This document shows positions 26,364 to 39,067 of a stretch of 64,000 nucleotides of DNA, piece after piece. The position numbers and the translations under genes were made by a program. The notes under the pieces are model-generated. The model was not told the DNA's origin. It searched no databases and saw nothing but the letters and a program-made list of their open reading frames with translations. The DNA comes from Heptranchias perlo (lineage: Eukaryota): NCBI RefSeq assembly GCF_035084215.1, contig NC_090340.1, positions 28,582,001 through 28,646,000 of the forward strand, in the 5' to 3' direction. Every line of letters begins with the position of its first letter. The first letter of the stretch is position 1.

Positions 26364-27160
26364 TTAGTCTGCTGCTAAGGCACAGTACATGGCTGCTGAA
26401 AGGGTTTGAAAAGCGGCTTTTGAGAGATATGCTCAGCGATAGTTAATTTCTGGAAAACAAATACTTCTTTTATATATCCACAGCTTGTAGAAAAATAAAG
26501 AAATAAATGTATTCCCCTCAGTTACATAAATACATAAATTTGTGCATGTAATATGGGGCAGAAGGATTGGCCCATAATTCTTTTGTCCAGTGAAGTAATC
26601 TAAGGTATGGGGGCAAAGTGGAAATTTTAATTTTTGATCAGATTTAGAAAGAATGCAGGAAGCCCAAAGGCCACAGACCTGGGCCTATATATTGGGAGTA
26701 AATAACAAACCAGAGTAACATTTCTGAGGGAGGGCGATGAGAGTGGGAGGAGTATGTCTCCGGAACAAAATGGTGGCTGAAAGGATTTTCAAAAATATTT
26801 GGAGGAATTTAATTGATTCTTCTCCTTGCTATTAGTAGCTTTTTGCTTATCTTTGGTATTTTTTAAACATTATGATAGTTTTCATTCCTGCTTGCTACTT
26901 GTTCATTAATACATTCCTGACTTACTTAATTGTTGCCTTATGAATATAAAGCTTGACAATCTGTTGCAAGTAAGATATTTAAATTTTCAGTGACACGTGT
27001 GATGCCTGAAGTGTAATGAACAAAATGTTTGCTAGGTGCAAGACTCTTTTTTATGTATAAATTTATTCACTCCTTTTAATAGAGCTTAAATTGTTATTTG
27101 GTTATGAAACAGATTGGAAGGTATAGTATCAAGATAATCAAATATTCTAATGAATGTTAT

Positions 27161-27810
27161 AAGAAAATTAAGAAGCATAAGAAATAAGAGCAGGAGTAGG
27201 CCATACGGCCCCTTGAGCCTGTTCCGCTATTCATTAAGATCGTGGCTGATCTTTGACCTTAACTCCACTTTCCTGCCCGATCCCCATATCCCTTTATTTC
27301 CTTAGAGTTCCAAAAATCTATTCATCTCAGTCTTGAATATACTCAACGACTGAGCATCCACAGCTCTCTGGGGTAGAGAATTGCAAATATTCACGACCCT
27401 CTGAGTGAAGAAATTCCTCCTCATCTCAGTCCTAAATGTCCAACCCCTCATCATGAGTCTATGTCCCCTCGTTCTCGTCTTTCCGGCCATACTCTCAGCA
27501 TCTACTCTGTCAAGCACTCTTAGAATCTTATATGTTTCAATGAGATCACCTCTCATTCTTCCAAACTCCAGAGAGTATAGGCCCATTCTACTCAATCTTT
27601 CCTCATAGACAATCCTCTCATCCCAGGAATCAATATAGTGAATCTTTGTTGCACACCCTGTAAGGCAAGTATATCCTTCCTTAGGTAAGGAGACCAAAAC
27701 TGTACACAGTACTTCAGGTGTGGTCTCACCAGAGCCCTACATAATTGCAGCAAGACTTCCTTACTCTTGTACTCTAACCCCCTTGCAATAAAGGCCAACA
27801 TACCATTTGC
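27161..27810 (-). mobile_element. 5'-truncated CR1 LINE, copy B only
   Basis: Motifs LVRPHLKYCVQFWSPYL and RMRGDLIETYKI. ttcttatg-type tail on the minus strand at 27161-27190. Confidence 0.9.
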
Positions 27811-28377
27811 TTATGTCTTATGCTTATGCTTCAGTCTTGTTGTAACAATGGAAACTTAATAGTGATCGGGGTTTTAAAAAGTTATTTGCAATATTGTATT
27901 AGATAGTTATCTGGTGTTTTCACTTAATTGTCCCTGGGAAATCAAGAAGAAATGTTGCTGTTTTCTCTTTGTGGAACTTTCATCTGTAATTATTCAATTC
28001 ACTCAGAAAATTAAATTAGAGAAAGTCTCAAACTTCCATAGGAAGGAATAGGCTCAAAAAGTCAAATGTACCTTTTCCTTCCATGCTTTTCCCCATTTTT
28101 TTCTATTAGTTGACACAAGAAAATGGAGCACCCAGAGGCAACTGTAAAAAGGACAGATGTCCTTAAATATTGAGCCTGAAAGGCCTACAGAATGGAGGCC
28201 AATTGGTAAGCCTGGAGCTTTGCTATGCCTATTGCATGCTTCAGTAAACTTGGATCCACATATAACAGTTAACTATGTGCAAAAACTTCTATAATTTATT
28301 GTGCTTTTTATGTTCTTAATGATCGTCTGTTGCCAGTCAGTAGATGGCACTGAAGTGCAGCCCAAGGTAGAAATGCA

Positions 28378-28833
28378 CCAAGTCCCGTTCTCCCATCATC
28401 CCTGTGCTCGCTGACCTATGTTGGCTCCCAGTCGGGGAACGCCTCAATTTAAAAATTCTCATCCTCCCATGGCCTTGCCCATCCCTATCTCTGTAACCTT
28501 CTCCAACCCTCCACCCTCCAAGATCTCTGCGCTCCTCCAATTCTTGCCTCTTGCGCATTCCCGATTTTAATCGCTCCACCATTGGCGCTGTGCCTTCAGT
28601 TGACTAGGCCCTAAGCTCTAAAATTCCCTCCCTAAACCTCTCTGCCTCTCTACCTCTCTTTCCTCCTTTCAGATGCTCCTTAAAGCCTCTTTCACCAAGC
28701 TTTTGGTCACCTTTCCTAATATCTCCTTATGTGGCTCGGTATCAAATTTAGTTTAATAATACTCCTGTGAAGCACCTTGGGACGCTTTACTACGTTAAAG
28801 GCGCTAAATAAATGCAAGTTGTTGTTGTTGTTG
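28378..28833 (+). mobile_element. L2 LINE 3' end
   Basis: cccatcatccctgtgctcgctgacct...tggctccc, then tgtgaagcaccttgggacg...aaaggcgct...aaatgcaag and a (ttg)n tail. Confidence 0.8.
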
Positions 28834-29449
28834 AAACCCCCCCCCCCCCCGCTGATTTTTCCTTCCTTCCATCTGCCAGATACCTTGCCTGTACTGATCC
28901 TGTCCCTACCAACCTGATAGAGATCAGCAAATTCTCTGTGAAGGAAGTTTGAGTGGGAATATCATCTGAAGCTGGATCTTTCATTACACTTAAATCTTTT
29001 CCCACTGATTTTTAAGTTGACTTCAGTAAGAAATTATTTAAATTTACATCCTTTATGTTTTGATCAGTCTGAATTCCTTTTTGGACACGTGACCTTGTTT
29101 GGTCTTTGATAAAATCCTTGACATAATAAGAATGTTTTGGTATCAAAGCAATACTGACATAAGGGAACATTTTATACATCAAAGGCATGACTGAGGAAAG
29201 CAAAGCTGGTCTGTATGACTAAGTTTCAAAAACATAGGTACGAGGTGTCACTTCATTAATTAAATGCTGTTCATCATTAAATGATTATTGCAGCCTTTCA
29301 TGCCCAAGGATATGTGAGATTTAAAAAAATTAAAAGCCTGTAAGTAAATCGGTAGAATGCAGATAGTCTCTATGAGTATTCAATACAGCCAAATGCTGAT
29401 AACCTCTGCTCCACCTTATCAAATAAAAAAGTAGATTTTTTAAAAAATG

Positions 29450-31010
29450 TTTTTATTCGTTCACGGGATGTGGGCGTCGCTGGCAAGGCCGGCATTTATT
29501 GCCCATCCCTAATTGCCCTCGAGAAGGTGGTGGTGAGCCGCCTTCTTGAACCGCTGCAGTCCGTGTGGTGACGGTTCTCCCACAGTGCTGTTAGGAAGGG
29601 AGTTCCAGGATTTTGACCCAGCGACAATGAAGGAACAGCGATATATTTCCAAGTCGGGATGGTGTGTGACTTGGAGGGGAACGTGCAGGTGGTGTTGTTC
29701 CCATGCGCCTGCTGCCCTTGTCCTTCTAGGTGGTAGAGGTCGCGGGTTTGGGAGGTGCTGTCGAAGAAGCCTTGGCGAGTTGCTGCAGTGCATCCTGTGG
29801 ATGGTGCACACTGCAGCCACAGTGCGCCGGTGGTGAAGGGAGTGAATATTTAGGGTGGTGGATGAGGTGCCAATCAAGCGGGCTGCTTTATCTTGGATGG
29901 TGTCGAGCTTCTTGAGTGTTGTTGGAGCTGCACTCATCCAGGCAAGTGGAGAGTATTCCATCACACTCCTGACTTGTGCCTTGTAGATGGTGGAAAGGCT
30001 TTGGGGAGTCAGGAGGTGAGTCACTCGCCGCAGAATACCCAGCCTCTGACCTGCTCTCGTAGCCACGGTATTTATATGGCTGGTCCAGTTAAGTTTCTGG
30101 TCAATGGTGACCCCCAGGATGTTGATGGTGGGGGATTCGGCGATGGTAATGCCGTTGAATGTCAAGGGGAGGTGGTTAGACTCTCTCTTGTTGGAGATGG
30201 TCATTGCCTGGCACTTATCTAGCGCGAATGTTACTTGCCACTTATGAGCCCAAGCCTGGATGTTGTCCAGGTCTTGCTGCATGCAGGCTCGGACTGCTTC
30301 ATTATCTGAGGGGTTGCGAATGGAACTGAACACTGTGCAGTCATCAGCGAACATCCCCATTTCTGACCTTATGATGGAGGGAAGGTCATTGATGAAGCAG
30401 CTGAAGATGGTTGGGCCTAGGACACTGCCCTGAGGAACTCCTGCAGCAATGTCCTGGGGCTGAGATGATTGGCCTCCAACAACCACTACCATCTTCCTTT
30501 GTGCTAGGTATGACTCCAGCCACTGAAGAGTTTTCCCCCTGATTCCCATTGACTTCAATTTTACTAGGGCTCCTTGGTGCCACACTCGGTCAAATGCTGC
30601 CTTGATGTCAAGGGCAGTCACTCTCACCTCACCTCTGGAATTCAGCTCTTTTGTACATGTTTGGACCAAGGCTGTAATGAGGTCTGGAGCCGAGTGGTCC
30701 TGGCGGAACCCAAACTGAGCATCGGTGAGCAGGTTATTGGTGAGTAAGTGCCGCTTGATAGCACTGTCGACGACACCTTCCATCACGTTGCTGATGATTG
30801 AGAGTAGACTGATGGGGCGGTAATTGGCCGGATTGGATTTGTCCTGCTTTTTGTGGACAGGACATACCTGGGCAATTTTCCACATTGTCGGGTGGATGCC
30901 AGTGTTGTAGCTGTACTGGAACAGCTTGGCTGGAGGCGCAGCTAGTTCTGGAGCACAAGTCTTCAGCACTACAGCTGGGATGTTGTCGGGGCCCATAGCC
31001 TTTGCTGTAT
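29450..31010 (-). mobile_element. Young 5'-truncated HER1-like LINE with open RT frame
   Basis: Near-identical reverse complement of ~11912-13475. The ORF is open from TAKAMGPD to the stop at 29509. Confidence 0.93.
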
Positions 31011-31395
31011 AAGAGGCATACAATCTTATCAGGAATGAAGAAAAACTTTGAAATAGATTGTGACGTCTCAAAAAGTTATCCCAAATGGGAAATGTTCTTA
31101 TGCAAGATATGGGGCTTATGCTTCAAAATAGAAATTATACTTTAGAGCAAAGCTTGAATAGTTGATAAATGTAAGGAGAACTGCAAAACTGAATTATTGT
31201 CTAAAAATCAACAGCAGTTATTTTGCATGTTTGTGCTAGGAAAGGGACACGTTTCCAGTTTTGGCACCCAATGTCAGGTTGAAACACTCCCATGTCCTAT
31301 ATAGCACAGACCTAGTTCCTACAAAACTGCCCAACAATGTGGCATTTCCATTTCCTGCACATCATAATGGACTGCCTGAGTGAGATTGTCACAGG

Positions 31396-31636
31396 GGAGG
31401 TGATTTTAAACCCCAAGAACGGGTGGGTTGGGGGCGGGTAGGAGTTGAAAATAGTTGATTTTTGGATCACAACCACAAAATTTTCGGACTTTGCATTCCC
31501 AGTGGGAAGCCTGTACTTTTACGCGCCAACGTTAAACCCGGAAATAAAGCCGGGTTGCGGTCGCGACCCAAGAAACAATTATTCTCAACTCCCACCCGCC
31601 CCCAACCCACCCGTTCTTGGGGTTAAAATCACCCCC
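31396..31636. mobile_element. MITE with ~80-bp terminal inverted repeats
   Basis: ggaggtgattttaaaccccaagaacgggtgggttgggggcggg... is mirrored by ...cccgcccccaacccacccgttcttggggttaaaatcaccccc. TSD not clear. Confidence 0.85.
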
Positions 31637-32784
31637 ATTGACTCAAGTATTGTTGTGTAATAAGAACTTTTGTGCTTTAGGCATGTGCCCATTTTCCAAA
31701 CTAATTTTACTAAGGAACCATAAAGCAGCTGGCAGAGAGGACACTGTCAAACATGGAGAAAATTTGAACCCAAGTCCTAGAGAGGAAGGGACAGTGGATG
31801 TATAAAGATATATATATATATATATCCGACTGGTCCCGTGGTATTATATTTTTTGGGATGTAGATTGCTGGTAAAGAGACTAGACTCTAAACATGAATTG
31901 TCATTTTATAAATAATAGGTAAGGCTAGAGCTCACACTTAAGCAAAAAGAAAATGCATCAATATTTAAAATATAATTTCATTTTCTTCTACCTAGTGATA
32001 AAACTCAACAACATTGACACTTCAGCTTTGGAACAGGCTTATGCACATGTTGGCGACCTGACTCTCTGGAAGTATTACCATAACATAAAAATCAGTTAAT
32101 ATGAACCTCTGCAATACTAGAGATTGTACAAAGAGTATAGTATGGTGAGAATGTTTAATATTGCTTCCTGATCAAAGACAAAGCTAACAGCAATGAATGA
32201 AGTATTGTAAGTAATGTCAAAGGTGATGAGCATTTTGGGAAAAATTTGCCAAGATCTTAAGTGAACACTTTGGAAAAAGCTGCATGTAGATTCCATCTGT
32301 ATTCTTATTAATAAGAGCCCTGAAAATATAGACATCTACATAGCTACCTGTATGTCATATGTGTTGGACCTAGCACACTTCAAATGCCACATTTCAGGCA
32401 TCACACTTGAAAGATCAAAAATATTTTTTTAAAAGGATGGCACTGACTTTATGCTGGTCTCTGATTCAGAGCTGGAAATTTACAAGCACCTGTCAATCTG
32501 CAAACTTTCCCCATCAACAGCAATCAACCTCTCGTTAACCTCAGGATTCACAGCAATTAGCCTTTTTGGCTTTAAAAGGACAGGCTGGCCTAATCGCAGC
32601 TTCATTCTAGCAGTACATTAATACATTACACGTTACATTGCACAACGATGCTGTCACTATAAAACAATGCCTCATCTGTTTTACCGTGAGCAATGGCACA
32701 GGAGCTCTGCTATTGCTACAAAAACAAAAGCAATAATGATAAAACGACGATATTGGCAGATTGCGATTTTTATTACAGTTTAAA

Positions 32785-32905
32785 AATTGCAAGTGCTGGA
32801 AATCTTACATAAAATCAGAAAATATTAGAAATGTGCAACAGGTTCTTGACTATCTGAACTGGAGAAGATAGGTTAATGTTTCAGATGGGTACCCTTCATT
32901 AGAAC
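32785..32905 (-). mobile_element. Decayed Penelope-type terminal repeat with degenerate hammerhead
   Basis: Minus strand gttCTAATGAagggtacccatctGAAAcattaac...tttccagcact has the same layout as 19680-19808. Confidence 0.5.
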
Positions 32906-33199
32906 AGGCACTTATATTAAGCATTCTATGCAGAATCATCCAGTGAGCATTAAATTTACTGAACACGTACTGCGCATAGTGGTATTTTATCACTGAAGGT
33001 AAAGTAACACTTAAGATAATTACCACAAATCTGCATTTTCTACATGTAATTTAACTCAGCTATAATGGATTGGCTAATGATAACTAAACACTAATTAAGG
33101 CAATTATTTAGGTGATAGATCTGACTAAACTAAACCACACGTATTCTCCACATTTAGGGAGAGGAAAATATTTTCGTAATGAGGCACATTTGAAGCAAG

Positions 33200-33290
33200 A
33201 AACTGCAAATGTTGGAAAATTGGAAAGGTCAGTCAGGATCTGTGAACATACAGACAAGGTAATGCTTTAGGCGTAACCCTTCATCGGAAC
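33200..33290 (-). mobile_element. Second decayed Penelope-type terminal repeat
   Basis: Minus strand gttCCGATGAagggttacgcctAAAGcattac...gatcctgactgacct...ttccaacatttgcag. Confidence 0.4.
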
Positions 33291-33527
33291 ATTTCAAATA
33301 GGCTTTGTTACGGAGTGTGTGTATTGTTGGTTCACATGAGTACCTGGGGGTTCTGTTAGATGCCAATTTTAGCTTGGACACGGTGCTTTGGATCTGCACT
33401 GCGAAAGAGGAAACGGCACTTAGCCTTTATCTTTATGGAGTCATCAAATCTCAATGTTGATTAAGCTTACAATGTATAAGGCAAGATTCAGAGCTCTTAG
33501 GCTTGCAATAGAAGCCCCCCACCCCAC

Positions 33528-33645
33528 CTTACATCAAGTTACATCAAAACTACAGCACAGAAACCAAGGTTCGATACAAGTTTAGCATAACTTCTTTGCT
33601 TTTCAATTCTATCCCTCTAGAAATGAATCCTAATGCTTGATTTGC
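33528..33645 (-). mobile_element. Tiny CR1 fragment: mid-RT piece fused to the extreme 3' tail
   Basis: ANQALGFISRGIELKSKEVMLNLYRTLV is followed directly by tttctgtgctgtagttttgatgtaacttgatgt. Confidence 0.65.
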
Positions 33646-34559
33646 CACACCCAGCTTACAGCTTGCCGTTTTTATGGCCTTGTTAACCTGTGTCACTACT
33701 TGGTCCATATTCATGACCAGAACCAAGTTGTAAGCTGGATGTGTGACAAAAAAGGGGAAACAATTACAAAAAGAGAAAGCTGGGGTCTGTACCAACCTGC
33801 CGCACTGCATCCTGGAAGGGGACTTTGACCTGTGATCAACACGAGTCTTTGTCAAAGTCATTTACATGAGGATCTAGGTTTATTTGGTGACAAATAAGGC
33901 TGGTACTTGGCACTGCATGTTTAGAACATCAGAGTGGCTGACACATTGCAAGCTATGCAGATCCTTCCACCAGGCTGAAGGTAGATATCCATCATGCAGC
34001 TGATGAGGAAATTCTGAGGCCTGGGATGACAGTTACTGGAAGCAGCTCCCCTGAGGCTGGGTATGCAAATATGCAGGGTTTGGTGCAGAAAGGGAAGCAA
34101 TTTCTTTTGAAACTTGCATCTCCAACTGGTAAACACAATTGCCCTCATTTCCATATAATTTCCACTGTTTATAATATTAAAATTAGGCCCTTGCCCATTT
34201 TTGGTGAACACATTTTTAAGATGGCGTGAAAGACCAGTTGGAAGACAATGTGTGTTGCACAATGGGCAGACATCCAGCAAAAATAATTTCTCAATCTCTG
34301 ATTGTCCATTTCATTCGAATCCCATTGTATGTGATAACTGGAGAATCAGCTTCCTTAATCCTAATGCTTCTAGTGTTTGTGTATTTATACCTTATTGTAG
34401 ATTTGCATCCTCTTTTGGCCTCCAGTGTCCACCTGTTTCTGGAATCTGATTCCTGCATTTCTCTGAATTATTGTGCATTGTTATGTTCATACCCACCTGC
34501 TGGCTACTTTTCATTTGAGATCCAGTTACTTCCCTGCCTTTTTCCTCCCTCTTCCAGTT

Positions 34560-35800
34560 TTAAATGATTTTCAATAGCTGCCTTAGTGCCTTGTTGTTCC
34601 TGTTTTTTTTGGTGCAACCAATTCTCTTATACCAGTCTTTATTGCCTTGAAAGTATTCCCAATTAATTATGGAAGAAACATTATTATTTTGACACCAGTT
34701 TTCCAATCACCTACATATATCTTAATTTTATTTGTGAACTTGCCTCCTTTTACAAACACTAGAAGGATGTCAGAGAAGATTTCGTTTTCCTATCCTTGAG
34801 TTCTGAGGTGATCATGAAACACCTTACTTTAAAAGCTCCTATACGATTTTTCCCCATGTTGTTTACCCCTACATGGACTACTACCACTTGGTCTCTTCCT
34901 GTCCCCTTCAATAGTACTTGTAACATTTTCTGAATGTAAATTGCTTTAGCTCCAGATAAACAACTCACCACCATACAGGTATTGTCCTTATAACACAGAT
35001 AGCTACCCACCTTCCTAAGCAAAGGGTTGCCTATGACTATAATGCATCTGTACCTTTTAGTCTGCATTTTTGAACTCAGCTATCCCCTCCGGTTTTCTAG
35101 CTAGCTCTTCCTGTGTGATTGGGTTTTCTTCTGCATTATGGGATGGTGTCTGATTCATTGTTGTAATCTTCTGAGTGGCTTCATAGTTGTTATTTTTCCT
35201 AACCTTCATCTACCCACTATCTCTATTTTCTTGCTTCCGCTCAACATTTGTCTCTTTTTTCTTGGTGACTCTATACCTGGTTGTACATAACCCCATCCTT
35301 TAGCTTGTTTGATCAAAACAGTTTTTGCATCTCCCCCTCTATTCTATCCAATGTTCTTGTGTATAATTATCCCACAGCAATCGCACACCATGGCTTCCAA
35401 TCTTCCCACATACCTCATCCTACAGGTGACTTAAAAAGTTGAACAAAGTTCTCTATTTTTAAATCCAAAAACAAACCACCTTTCCACTGGACAAAGTTGG
35501 GATTTAAATTGTTATTTGTCTTACTTTTCCCAAAATCACCTTGTTGTTCTGTCGCCATTTTGGTAGCTGCACTCCCCTTTTAAATTTTATTTCTCTTGCA
35601 TGCTCCTTTTTAATTTTACTACTCAGTGTTCCTTTTTAATTTTCATTTCTCTCAACGGTTCCCTGGTTAACTGTTGTTTTGTCAGATGCTCCCCTTTTAA
35701 CTCTGCTGTTCTCCTTTTAATTTACCTGGTCACTGCTGCTGCCTCACTCTGCTCACAGAGGATCCTGGAGCGATGAGTCCTTCCGGGATGAATTGCTGCC
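34560..35800 (-). mobile_element. Old CR1 5' region: ORF1 with SGNH/GDSL esterase relic and repetitive 5' UTR
   Basis: IVIGNPLLR...VSCLSGAK...VVVVHVGVNNMG match the CR1 ORF1p esterase blocks (GDS, CLPGA, HVGTND). A MVCDCCG motif lies near 35390. Degenerate tgctcc(c)ttttaa repeats at 35565-35725. Confidence 0.7.
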
Positions 35801-36875
35801 CGGTTTCTTATTTTTTTTTAACCTTCAAATAATGATAGCTCTGAATGGAATCCGTATCCCTGCTATAATCGACTGCCTGTTTCTTGTTCTTCAGTGCCTG
35901 TGCACTTGGATGCTGTCGGATTTATTTGCAACAGCTCTTCCAAAAAGCATCTACCCCGGTTGACCAGAGGTTTTTCTAAAAAAAATATTGTCTGACGGGT
36001 ATGTAATTTCTAGCTCAAGATTTCCAGACTTAACATTTTGGTTGCCTAACTGTTTCAAATAGAAAAACATCCTTCCCCCTCAGGAGCCTTCGAGTACACT
36101 ACAGTTGAATGTTTATCTTTGCCTTTATGCATACAGAGGGTATATAGAGCTTCAGAAGCCGTACTTGCATATGTACTATCAGAGGCTGTGGTGAGAGTTT
36201 GAGAAGAGTAACTGGAAGAACTACACTCTTTAAATAGTCCACTCATCTGTATTAATATTAGCTGATGATTGTACTGCACAGCATCTTGCCTACATTTGTT
36301 GCTTCTGTGATTTATTTTTAATTGTAACTAAGTCTGGACATGTAGCGTATCATGTACACAGCGGCCTAACAGTGTGATATTTTTGATCGCTCAAGTTGAC
36401 AGGAGATATAGTGGGCATTTTACATATTTCTCCAATAAGAAATGCACCATGATTGGAGTTAATTGATTGACTTGGCTACACTAATCTCAATACAGCACAG
36501 AATAAAGAAGCAAGTTTCAGTTTGTTGGATATTCTGCTTACAGAAATGGTTGTCCAGAAAAATGGGTTGGGAAGATGCCTGAATTGTAACCACTCACCTT
36601 CCTGTCCTCATAATGTTCCAAGAAGCTCTAACTGGCAACGCCCCTGGGATGTATGGGAGAGGATGATTGATTGTGGGCCAGCACAGTCAGTAGATTGACA
36701 TTAGAGTCAATTTGATTGGTTAAAGTGAGAGATGACAGATATTAACAGGCTATTTAACTTGAACTGCAAGCTCAGAACTAGAGAGCAAAAGGTTTAAAAT
36801 TACCAAACCCTTGAGCCAGACTAGAGATAAGCAGAATTATTTTTGTGCGTGGCCTACTGGCTACCTAAAATATAA

Positions 36876-37507
36876 GGGGCAATTTCAACTCCCCTGGGCG
36901 TTTGGCTGGCAGAACGTGCAGGCCTGCTGCCAGGGAGGTGCCACGAGAGGCCCAGTCCATTTTAACGGCCGGGCCTCATTAACATAGGTTCAGCGAGCTG
37001 CCCGCCCAAAATGGACGTCCAGAAGCAGCTCATGAGGTTATGGCTGGTGAATATTGGGCGGCCCAGAGGCTGCCCGGCTGGCACTCAGGTAAATCATCGC
37101 GGAGGGGGTGGGGGGGGGGTGGGGAGGGCGGGTTGGAGAGGTTTCTCAAAAGCAGGATGGGAGGGAGCCCTGGGTGATAGTGGCCCAAACTTTCTTTTGG
37201 TGCCCAGAGGAGCACTCCTGCTCCTCCTGGCCCCACAAAAATAATTTTTACACTTTCCTGTAAAGGCCTCCGCTTCTTGCCCACCAGGTTTTGCTGAGCA
37301 AAGCATCCACATCAGACACTTCTCCCAGTAGACCATTAACATAGCGTCAGACCGATTTACGTGTATTCATAAGGCTTCCACTTGAGTCAGGGAGGACCCT
37401 CAGCTGCCCAAGAAAACATTGGCATTAAAATGGCTGCAGGACAAATAAGATTGGTAAGTCCACCACTTGGATTTTAACTCTCGCCCGGTGGCAGTTAAAC
37501 ATCCTCC
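36876..37507. mobile_element. GC-rich non-autonomous DNA transposon (Harbinger-like MITE)
   Basis: Imperfect inverted ends ggggcaatttcaact..ctgggcg and cgcccgg..cagttaaacatcctcc. Flanks taa/tag. The internal motif gcactcctgctcct(c/t)ctggccc is shared with 60013-60035. Confidence 0.55.
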
Positions 37508-38569
37508 TAGAGTCTCAGTAAAAGCAGTTAATACTGTTTAAGGATTGAAAAGTAACCTGCCAGAATCAGACAAGTGAGCGGATGTGATCTTCTTCCCCTT
37601 CCCTCACCATGCTAAGTACAATCAGAATCAGTTTTTCCTTAAATGCCACAGCTGCATCCTTGGACCTTCTTTCAAGATGGCTATTATAATCTACCTTTAA
37701 CTGAACTAACTTTTGCAGGCCATTGACCTTTTTATTTTCCACTCCCAGGCACTCTTGGTAATATGGGATGCTGTGTTAGCCTTTTAGGCTCTCCTCACCT
37801 ATGGATTTTAGCATCTGAAATTTGTTATTTTCTTTTTTTGTTAGGGAATCCAAGACTGCCCTCTTGCTGTATAATGAATTGTTTCACAGACATATATAGT
37901 TCTTTCCTTCCAAACCATGATTTGAAAGTTGCTTTGGATATTATTGTGTTATTTTCCTAGTTTTTAGCAAGTGTGCAACAAGTGAGACTCTTTAACCAAG
38001 GCTCATTTCCAGTTGTTGATTTATCAAATTTGAAGGAGTTTGTCAAACCTTCAATTGGTACAAAGGTTATCATTTGAGAATACAGTTCAACAGTAGATAT
38101 GTGTGGTTTGCCCATATTTAGTTTCAAAAGAGCCTTAATATAAGTGCATGTAACACATCTCCTTTATTAGCAGCCATTAAATAGACTCTAATTTACTTCT
38201 GTCTTAGCTCTTTGTTGATTCAAAAGTGAAATTCTAACCTTTTGGAATCATCCAAGATTCTCCAATGTGCAGCAATGTATCGCTCAAAACTTTCACTTTT
38301 GATTTGTGAAGATTAACCAGGCAGTGCTCGGAATGACAAAGTCACTTTTTAATTGAGTTTATTGGTGGTTGTATGCAGATGACCATCTCTAGTGTCTCTG
38401 TGGTTGTTTATTTTAAAATCTGGCCTGTACTTGGACTCAGTTTCCAGATGGTACATTAGATACCATCTTTTTACATTTTATTTTAAACCTTGGGATGAAG
38501 AGAATTCACAGATGATTAAAATCATTAGTTCACAGATCTCCTAATGGCTTCAGGAGGTTAGCCATTGAG

Positions 38570-38930
38570 TAGCCGAGTCATGCAGGCCAGGAATGTCCCA
38601 GGTTTGATCTACAGCCTGTGCTGAGTTAGCTAATCTCTAGCTGGGGCACTAACATTGACCTCAAATGCTGTTATAGAGGGGAAAATTGCCAGACTTCCTG
38701 CTCCTGATCACTATCCAAGACCCCTGCTGAACGTGCACTAATATAGATATCGAGTGAAGACCAGGACAGGTTCTGTTGCAATTTGACCACCACTCCCCCC
38801 ACCCCCCCAAAACAAACCACTTCAATTTGAGTGAGTTCCTATTCTTCCCCCAGATCACATAACCTCGCTATTGAGGCTCATACATTGGCTACTTGAGCAT
38901 TGTGCTGTAGGGTGGCTCTAAATTATGGAA
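38570..38930 (+). mobile_element. tRNA-derived SINE, AmnSINE2-like (tentative)
   Basis: B-box-like ggtttgatc, then ctgtgctgagttagctaatctc...cctgctcctgatcactatcca..acccctgctg. Related to 5305-5570. Confidence 0.5.
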
Positions 38931-39067
38931 ATGCACCCCAGGAGAGGAGTGGAGATAATTACCAAGGAATAAAAAATAATTCTTGCAGAGTGGCAAAGTA
39001 AGGTGTTGCTGTTTCTTTTTTAGATGCTACCAACCTGCATCTAATATGTGAATGCAGTGCTTTGAAT

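Larger units (their letters stand above)
14137..27999 (+). repeat. Tandem segmental duplication, copy B
   Basis: Colinear with copy A. Lacks ~1178-1737 of A and carries its own insertions. Confidence 0.95.

Noticed and set aside
29509-31071. 520-aa RT ORF as a retron, DGR or other stand-alone RT system
   Set aside because: It is a 5'-truncated LINE copy with an A-rich tail and a near-identical sibling at 11282-13477. The N-terminal ~20 aa come from flanking DNA.
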